Source of the DNA: a virus | Lineage: Duplodnaviria > Caudoviricetes | Virus record (IMG/VR): IMGVR_UViG_3300007963_000007 | Coordinates: 1 to 59,061 of that record | Strand: one strand, 5' to 3' | DNA length: 59,061 nucleotides | In this document: positions 17,001-26,000 of the stretch, one piece after another | Layout: each line of letters begins with the position of its first letter | How positions within the stretch are numbered: the stretch's first letter is position 1 | Program-made: the position numbers and the translations under genes | Notes under the pieces: generated by a model | Databases searched by the model: none | Told to the model about the DNA's origin: nothing | What the model saw: only the letters and a program-made list of their open reading frames with translations

Positions 17001-20000
17001 GTTCGTTTTGATACAGGGTATCTACTGCCTCCCTCTGGGAGTCGGACAACATAGACCCCCGTATAGATCCACCTGCTTGCGCTATAAGTTCTGGTGGGAT
17101 GTCGATCCCCCGCTTCTTAGCTGCCTTGACCGCTCTGTCAAACCGGAGCTTATAGTCTTCGGCAGTTTTTTTATTCTCCCTGATGAACGCATCCCGCAAC
17201 TCCATAAACTTGAGGATGGCGGGGTCGGACTCCCCCCTGAAAACTTTCCAGAACAGATTGGGGCTTTTATAAGTCCCAATCTCCATAAGCGGAAGATCAA
17301 GCAGTTCAACAAAGTTACTGTAGTCTACAGAGTCCCCGTCTAATACTGAAGGGATGTCTGATGCTGCCCCGTAACGGGATTGCAACTTTGGGGGGTCAAT
17401 CTTTTTGACTCTATAACGGGATGCCCCGTATTTCATGTCGAGGCGCTCCGCTTTACGACGAGCAAATTTGCGTTTGTCGTAAGCGTAGTCCTTGCCTACC
17501 TGCTCCCCAGTGTGGCTGTCTATAATCTTAAAGACAGATTGACCAAAGTGCTTCCGATGTTCCGCTTCAATTTGAAAGAGTGACCCCCCGCCAACCTTCG
17601 CCATCACATTGGCTCTTTCAGCCTGACGAACTTCTTGCGTCAAATTATCGTATGCGAGTCGGGCTTTCTCTTTCCAGAATGTGCTTTTCTTTAGATCTTC
17701 TTCCGTCCAAAGTGGAACAGTCTCACCCTGATAAGCCTCCGTTGTAAGCGAAGCAGGAACAAGTTCCCCCAGACTACGTTCGTCTTGTGCTGAAAAAGTT
17801 CGCCCAGTTGCGTGGCGAACTAAGAATCTAGCGACATCTTCGGGAGGGTAGGTGAAAGCCGCTCCTCGCAAAACGTCACCTAAGTGCTTTGTCCGCGCCC
17901 CTTCGACCAGTGGCAAACGCGCCCTTGAGAGATTTGCGGCATCAAGTAATTGTTTATCGGCGTTCTCTACGGCGTCTTTGTTTTCTTCCATGAAGACGAA
18001 CCCTTGAGTAACCTCCCCTTCAACAAACTGCTTCGCCGTGAAGTCGTATCTTTTTATAGTAGAGGCATTAAAATGATGGTCCTCTGTAGCGGGGGCAAAC
18101 TGTGGAAGGGGGCCTTCCCAACCAACCTCTTCTAAGTAAGCAATTACTTTATCAAAGTGTGCTTTATCTTCTACGTGGGCTATTTTTGTTACTCCCCCCA
18201 AAACGCGAAGGAAGTCTAACCCGAAATGAAAAGCCTTGAGGTCCGTGTTGGCTAATCGGGGGACCTTCTCCTTGACCCAATCAGGGATGCGGCCAAGAGA
18301 ATAGACAGAATCATATACCTTCCCAGCCATAGATGTGCTGAGTTTATAGAACTTTTCAAAAGGCATATTCCAGAACTGGTATTCCTCACTTAAACCTTGG
18401 ACGCTTTCAGCACTGTCTGCCCCGTAACGGGATTGCAGAATGCTCTTCTTGGTAAGGTTGAACCGCTTCGATGGAGGGATCACGTTCCCTTCTTCATCAC
18501 GAAGAACAACTTCTGCTGATTTAATAATTGCTGACGGACCAGTGACAATCTGGGCGGCTAAAGGTTGGTCAAACCCTCTTGACCCACCAACAGCCTTCTC
18601 GTCCCAAATAGTTCCATAGCCTTCTTCTTCGTAGGTTTTCTGCTGGAACCTGCTATCCATGAAACCACCCTTACCTTCGGTGTATTTTATAGGCCCCGTC
18701 TTAATATACACACGGGTCATGGTTCTCATGGGGCCTAACACGGTGTCCGCAGAAATAGCCTTTAGGAAAGCGTCCGTCTTGGGGGTTTTAAGAGCAGATC
18801 GCCTTATAAGTTCTGAGGTTTCTCCAAACGCTTTTTGGACTTCGTTTTTACTAAGACGCACCATGTCCCTCACCCAAGTGGTGACTTTATAATCAGGTAT
18901 GTCGTTGTCCCAGTTATCTAGCACATAATTATAGTCGCCAGAATTGTATGCATCTATCAGCCTTTTCCCAAAGGCCCCAAACATTGTTTGGCCTTCCGCA
19001 CTACCTACGTTAAAGGTCAAAATATCTTTGGCCCTACTATCCCCAATCTTGGGCGGGGCGGCTCGCCTATTGGTGGTCCGCATATCTTCTCTAGGCAGAA
19101 CAGTAGCTTCCGCATTAGCGTAACCTTGTGACAAAAGGTTGTAGGCAACTAGTTGTCGGATAGCTTCGGGAGCTTTTTTGATTACTTCTACAGTCCTCTT
19201 ATTGGCTTTTTTAGCCTCGTTCTTATCAACCCCTATAGCGGGGGTGCCAGAATAAGTTCCCGCCGTGTCTCGATATTTGGCGGCTACATCTTGATCGAAG
19301 TCTTGCACCCAGAAAGCAATGGGACCAAAAACTTCCCTGCCTTTTTCTAACCCGCCTCTAGCGAAGACTTGCGGGACGCCTTGCTCGTCTAGGTGGAACC
19401 CTAATCTAGCGGCTATTTCCTCAATAACTATTTGGGCAGTCGCCAAGTCACCTGCCGCTACTGCATCTAAGTAGTGGTCATCTACTTCTTCCGCAGTCTG
19501 TCTCTCAGGGAATCCAGTGGGGGTAACCCCCGCAACTGACCCCCCGTAGCGAGACTGAAGTTTTTTCGGGGGTGTTAGTCCTCCCCGACGATCTCCGTCA
19601 GCGTCTCTAGATACTCTTCCTCTTCGCTGGTTAGCGGTGGATTCTCTAAAAGAGACTGCATCATTTCCTCTTTCGTTTCGGAAGACTTCGTTGGCGGCTG
19701 TAGCGTAATCAGGCGCTTCTTCTTGCCCCGACCCGAATTCTTTGTGGACTGCTTTTTCATAATACCAAAGTATCGCTTGCGCTTCCGCAGGGATCATGCG
19801 GACCCCAGTTGAGGATTCTAATTTATCCATCGCGCCCATCATTGCAAGTCTAATAAACCTGCGGTGACCTCCTGAAACTGGGGCTTCAATTAATTCTACC
19901 CCATTATCAAGAACCTTATAAAGAGCATTGGTAGCTTTCCTGAGTTCATCAGTTACAGGAGATGCTTTCTCCATCTTGCCAGAAAACTCAACCCATGAAC

Positions 20001-23000
20001 CTTCGCTCTCGCCCCAGAACATCTGTCTGTGGCTGGGCTTTGTCCAGAACTTGGCTAACCCTATAACAAGGTCCGTGCTTCTTTTGCGTTTACGACCAAG
20101 CCCTGCTTGTTTGAACAACTCCCCTTTCGGGTCCGTTTTAATATACGCCTCTAAAGCTGCATCTACTCTTTTCTTTTTCGCTGCGAATTCCGCACGGGTG
20201 TCCTTCGCTAGTTGCGCCCCTATTGTCCGACCGAAGGTTCTCATGAACCAAAGGTCCATGGTAATGGGATCAAAGTTTCCGTTAAGGTTATGGTGGAACG
20301 AACCTAACTTAGCCCCAAAGACTAGCGCGAACGGAACCGTCTCGTCGATCAACTCCCCTGTAGTTAATTTTTCTGCCTGTGTTTTGGTGTAACCAAAGTC
20401 CACTTGCAGTCTTTCTCTTAGCTCCGCTACGGTTCCTGTGGTAGATAAGAACTCTTCAACGAATTCCCAACCATGTTGGTCCGCCCATTTATCTAGTAGC
20501 TTTAAATGACCATTAATCGCAGACGGTCTTGTGCCTCTCGGCTTTTCATCGTTGAAGAATTTGCCTGTAGCTTTCCACTGCTTATAGATTCTCCAAGAAT
20601 CCTCTGTCTGCTCTTTAACCTTGTTGCCGTTTGATGTGACAGCAAGAAGGGCTTTAAGCACAAAACTATTCTCTGGCTTTTTAATGTCGGGGTCTAGTTC
20701 CTCAAAAATATCGAGGGCCATTTTAACACGCTCCTCATACCAAGAAACAAAGTCAGGGTATTCATACAAAGCACGTTCAAGAACCCCAAGTATCTTACCC
20801 GCAGTTTTTTCGACATCTTCGTAATATGCTGCTTCCTTACCCTTGTCTTTCCAATCTTTCGCCTGACCTCTCCAATTTTTCTTCCAATCAACCCTGTCTT
20901 TAGGGGCGATCTTAGAGTCCAGAAGTTTTGCTAACTCATGGGGTTTACTGCCTAGTATGCCAGAGTCGATATGTTCGACTCCCCTATGCATCGCTTCGTC
21001 TACTTTTGATTGCGCGGCACTTACATTCTCAGAAAACTCAATGTCCCCACCGTAGCGTGTCTGCAATTTCTGCAACGTGGTAGGTGATTCCTGATTCTTG
21101 TCTACTGATTCCCGAAGTCTCTCATGCGCGGGGCGGTCGGATTCTAGTTCAGGGTCTAGTGGGGCGAACACCGCATTCCGTGCGAGGACAGTGAAGTTCT
21201 TAAATGGATTCTTCTCGCCCTGTTCATGCGCTTTGAGATCACTGACCATCATCACTTCGTCCGCAGAAACAAATTTCTGGTCCGTGTTATAAACGTCTGC
21301 CCCTTGGTCATCTTTGGACGCACTATACATATAGTTCCCTTGGGCAGGGTTATATGCCAGAGTACCCCACTCGGAGAGATCTAGGTCACTAATGTCGATA
21401 GCTTCATTGGCAGAGACAAGGTCCCCTGATGGTCCCCCTACTACTGTCTTTGCTCCTTGCGCGTAAACAACAGTTCCTGCTGGGACAATTTGTTTTTTGC
21501 CCAGCAACTCAAGTTCAGGGTTCGTCAGCAACAAATCAGTTTTGCCAATCTTTGCTGCTGCGCGGTTCCTATTAGCTTGTCTGTTAATATTGTCCGCGAC
21601 CTCCTCAAGAGTCATGGCTTCCTCAAGGACATAAGAAGCGGCAGACCCCTTCAAAAAGGTTTCGTATTGGGCGTCCGATAAGTTTACTCCTGCATTAGAC
21701 AAGCGGACGTTAAACGCATTGTATTTCTTGCCTCTAATAGCGACAGAAAAAGGCATTACTCCCAGAGGGTAGCTTTCGTCAAAAGCCTCGTTTTCTGTCC
21801 CGCCCTTTAGCAACCTTTCTCTACTTAGTCTTCCAAGAGTAATATTGGTGTGCGATTTACCAACACGAACTGTCCTCCCTGCTTTGGCGTCTTCTATAAA
21901 CGATTCAGGAAGAGGACTTGCGTTAGTAACAACCGACTTGCCTTCTGCTAGACCCCCCAGTCCTGTATGGTCGGAGGGGACTCCTCCAGCATCGGCACCT
22001 ATTCTAGTTTGTAGTGAGGGGGTCAACACCGCAGGACCTTCACTTTCGTCTTCTTCCTCGTCCCTGCCTTCTACGGACTTGTTCATTTCCAACTGCTTCA
22101 GCAACTGGCGAAGAGTCGCATCAGGATCGGCAGTATCAAAATGCATACCGTTAGGGGAAGTCCGGTAACCCGCTTCCATTGCCCTCATCTCAGTGATCAT
22201 ACGGTTCACTGACTTCCTCATGTAAGGAGGCACTTGCCCACTTACACGATATGTCAACTTACGAAGTTGAGCTTTGAAATACTTCTGGACAGTCTTAATG
22301 AGGGTAGGATTCTCCAAAAGGAAATCTACGTTCTCTTCCGTAGTCGCGCCCCTAAGCACATTCTGTGTGTGCATCCGTAAGCTCTCTTCAACCAAGATGA
22401 ATTTCTCAGCCTCTCTAACTTTGGGGTCGGGGCTGTTCAATCTTTCTACTGCCTCCGCTTGTTCATCTGCTGGGTAGTATTTCTCTATGACCTTCAACGC
22501 TTCTTTGTTGGTCATAGCTGCCATCATGTCGTTGATTTCAGCTTGCGTGAGCGTAGCGAAAGAACTGACATGGGCCATCTCCTCATTAAGAATCTGAGAA
22601 AGTATATGCTCTCTGTTTATTCCTGTCCCCCCAGCTTCGGCTAACTTTTTGTTTAAGAAGATAGCGGCTCGCACACCGTTGATATGGATCGACTGTGTGT
22701 CTAGGTTGAACTCTGCAATGACATCGATACTGTCATCAAATACGACATTTACTTCGTTGGGCAGGAAAGCCGCCGCCCAAGCATAAATCTCTCTGGCGCT
22801 TTCGATTAGTTTTTCCTCTAGTGCGGCTTCCCCCCTGCCCCCGATGCTGGAGGCCAGTGCGTTCCTTCTAGTCTGAGAACCTACAACGCTAGCCGCAACT
22901 GATTCTGCGATAGACCCTCCGGTTACGGGGTCGGTTTGCGTAGCAATATCAAGCACCTTGGCTACGGCTTCACTGTATTGCCTAGATGGGACTCCCATCA

Positions 23001-26000
23001 ATTGCCCTAAGCGTATTAAGATCCTTTGCAACAAATTGCGTGAGCCATCTGGCACCCTGATACCTTTGACGTATTTTTGGAATTTAGGGGATACCAAGAT
23101 GTGAGTTAAAAACTCATCTAGGTTTGACATGGCATAATCAACTAAGCCACTTTGGGGTCCTTTGTTTGCTTCCCTCCTGACTTGTTGGAAAAGTGCTTCA
23201 AGCGCGGCGATTGATTCGTTTTCTTTTGCCGTCCTATTTTTAGGGTCAGTCCGAAGAATCCCAAATGTAATTGCGTGGGTAAGTTCATGCAGGAGAACCC
23301 CCTCAACACCTCCTTCTGCCCGTCGAGCTAAGTTAATAGCTACTTGGGGGGTGCCTGTCGCATCAACTGTATACTCACCAGCAAACGCATGAGTAGACAC
23401 ATCCATAACAAAGTTGATTCTGGAAAGAAGCCCTTTCTTGCTAAGAATAATTTTAGCAACAAGTGCATACATCTTGTTTTTTCCTTTAGAAATTTTCTCT
23501 AAAGCAGAAATAACAGAGTCCATGTTGCCATTCTCTAGACCGAGTGCATCGACTTCTTTCATGTTCCGCTTTATGTTTTGTTTGCGGGACTTGCCATCTA
23601 CAATGGCGCGTGAATGAAATGCTTGAGTAGCTTTCTTAACGTCTTTGAAGAAATCTTTTGCGTTAGTTATGGTGACTTCCACATCTTCCCCCATAATACC
23701 TTGCAAGGATTCTCTGACTAATTCGGCGTAAGACGGGTCAGTATCTGGGGACGCTTCAACTTGGGGGGCTGAGATGCCAAGAATCTTGAGCGTCTTTCTA
23801 AGAGGGGCAGCGTTTGTATACGCTCCAGCTTTCAGTTCCAATTGAAACTGGAGGGCAGACTTATTAGATGAAGTCGCCCCAGTAACAAAGTAGGCTACTA
23901 GTTCGTCAAAGACTTGCTCTGGTGTTTTTTTGTCTGCGTTCCCTTCTGCGTCTTGGTAAACCGTTGCATTAAGGAGCATTTTAGCTGCCCCCAACAATTC
24001 AGGATCTCCTTCTAATGCTGCTGCTGCGCCTGTGTGCAGGTCTTGGATAAACCCTTCCAATGTAGCTTGCGATGGGGGGCGCATAGGGTTGAGTCGTGGC
24101 GGGACGTAGGTGTCGTCTCTGCCATTCTCTTCTGGGTTGTATGTCTCCTCAGAAGTGTGAAGGTCTGTGTCAGGTTCAAGCAAACTGACAAAACTTCTCT
24201 TAGCCCGTTTTGCTCTTTGGAATTGTTGTCTCTGGAAGAACTGTCCATGTCTGTCCTTTGTTTCAAGGATAGATATAATATTGGAGTCGGTATCCGAATC
24301 TGCTGATTTAGCCGAATACTCGTAAACGGCTTTTTGAATCTCTAACTGCAAAGCTACGGCGGTAGCTTCCACAAAATCTTTATTAAGGTTTAAAGATTCA
24401 TCCGAAGCGACGGCCCCACGAAGGAGTTCTATGTTGCTAGCCTTCTTGAGCAACCCCGCTAGAGTTATTTGTCTACTTGGTCTGAACGGGTCGGTAACTT
24501 TAACTTTGCCGTTGAAAGGTTTTGCCGCTTCTTTCGCGGCTTTAACTTGTTGGGCTAGTTCTGTGAAAACAGAGTAGTCTTCTTCTAACGCGCCGACTTT
24601 GTTAAAGGCAGTCTTTGCGGAAACCAGCCCCCCAGATTCACGGACCATAATGTCCGATACAAAAAACTGGTCGCCTACTTGTTCAAACCTAAACGATGGA
24701 TTAGTTGTGTCGGCGTTGACTATTTCTTCCGTAACGGGGACAGCCACATTACTCTCAAGTAGAGTGAGCATACCTGCTGGGTCATTGTTAAACACCCCAT
24801 GCCCCTTTGAATTTACAAAAACAAAGCTGGCTACGCCTCCATACACAGACGGGACTTTAGCCCCGCCAGCAGGTTTCGTTTTTCTTAAAACAGGAAACCT
24901 CTCCCTAATTTTTTTTGCCAATGTCTGCGTTAACACGGCTAGCGATGCATTGTCCGTCTCTGCAACAGCAACACCTAAGTCTTCAAGTTGGCTAACTTCT
25001 AAAGAATGTGGGAAGCCTCCTTCAACTAAACTTTCAATAGCTTCTTCTGCTTCTTTAGAAGGGCCTTTCTTTTCAGCTTCTCTAAGGGCCGCAATATCCC
25101 TATTGAATGTTTCTAACAAAGTTCTTTTTACTGCCTCACCTTGCTCTGGGGACATAACCCTGCCCGACTCGACAGCTTCACGTATGCTTCGTCTGAGCCT
25201 ATCTGCGGCGGCACCTTCTGGGGTTTCTTGAAGTTGCCTTTCCAGTTGCCTAAATAGTTTAACACGCTTCTCTACGCCTTTTAGGTTTAGTGTGTAGGCA
25301 ACTTTTAAATCAATTTTAACCTGCTTGGCAGAGTGCTGGGACGTTACTCGTCCTGCACCATTGGTGTCCCCCTCGCTTTCAGTTAGGAGTTGAGTAGCTG
25401 CCGAAGAACTAGCAGTTTCCAGATCAACAGAACTTTTTGTTTTCTTCCTAGCCGACTCGGTGTTTACTGCCTCCTCTACTGTTTCTTTAGGGATGTTTTT
25501 CATCCCTTCTTCAATCGAGTCCGCTTCCGCTTTTACATCTTCGGGGGAAAGTTTCTCTAAGGTTTCGTCCGCTTCTTCTTCTTCGGTTAGTGTAGTGCCA
25601 TCGGTTTCTTCGGCTCTTTTATACCTCCTAATAATACGCTCCGCTTCCTTAGCCGTAGTAGGCGCACCCGCCCTTTTGAGTTGCCCCGTCAAACCCTTCG
25701 CTTCGACATCTTTTTCGTATTGCTCGAAAAGGCTTTTCTCAAATCTTGCTGCCGCCGCCTGATCAAGGAACATACGGGGGGCAACATTCTTTGCCGTCCT
25801 CCCAATAAAGGTTGACCCCGCGCCCATCAGCCCCCCTAACAAGGCGGCGTGGAAAACCCCCTGCATTCTTTCAAGGAAAGGAGTGTCTTCGTCTGTAGCG
25901 GCATCAATAATGAAAGAGTTTAATAGTTCATCTAACCCTTCTTCGTATGCCTCATCAGCAAAATTTCTCAGGTAACTCTTGGGGGCGTCAATAAAATGCT

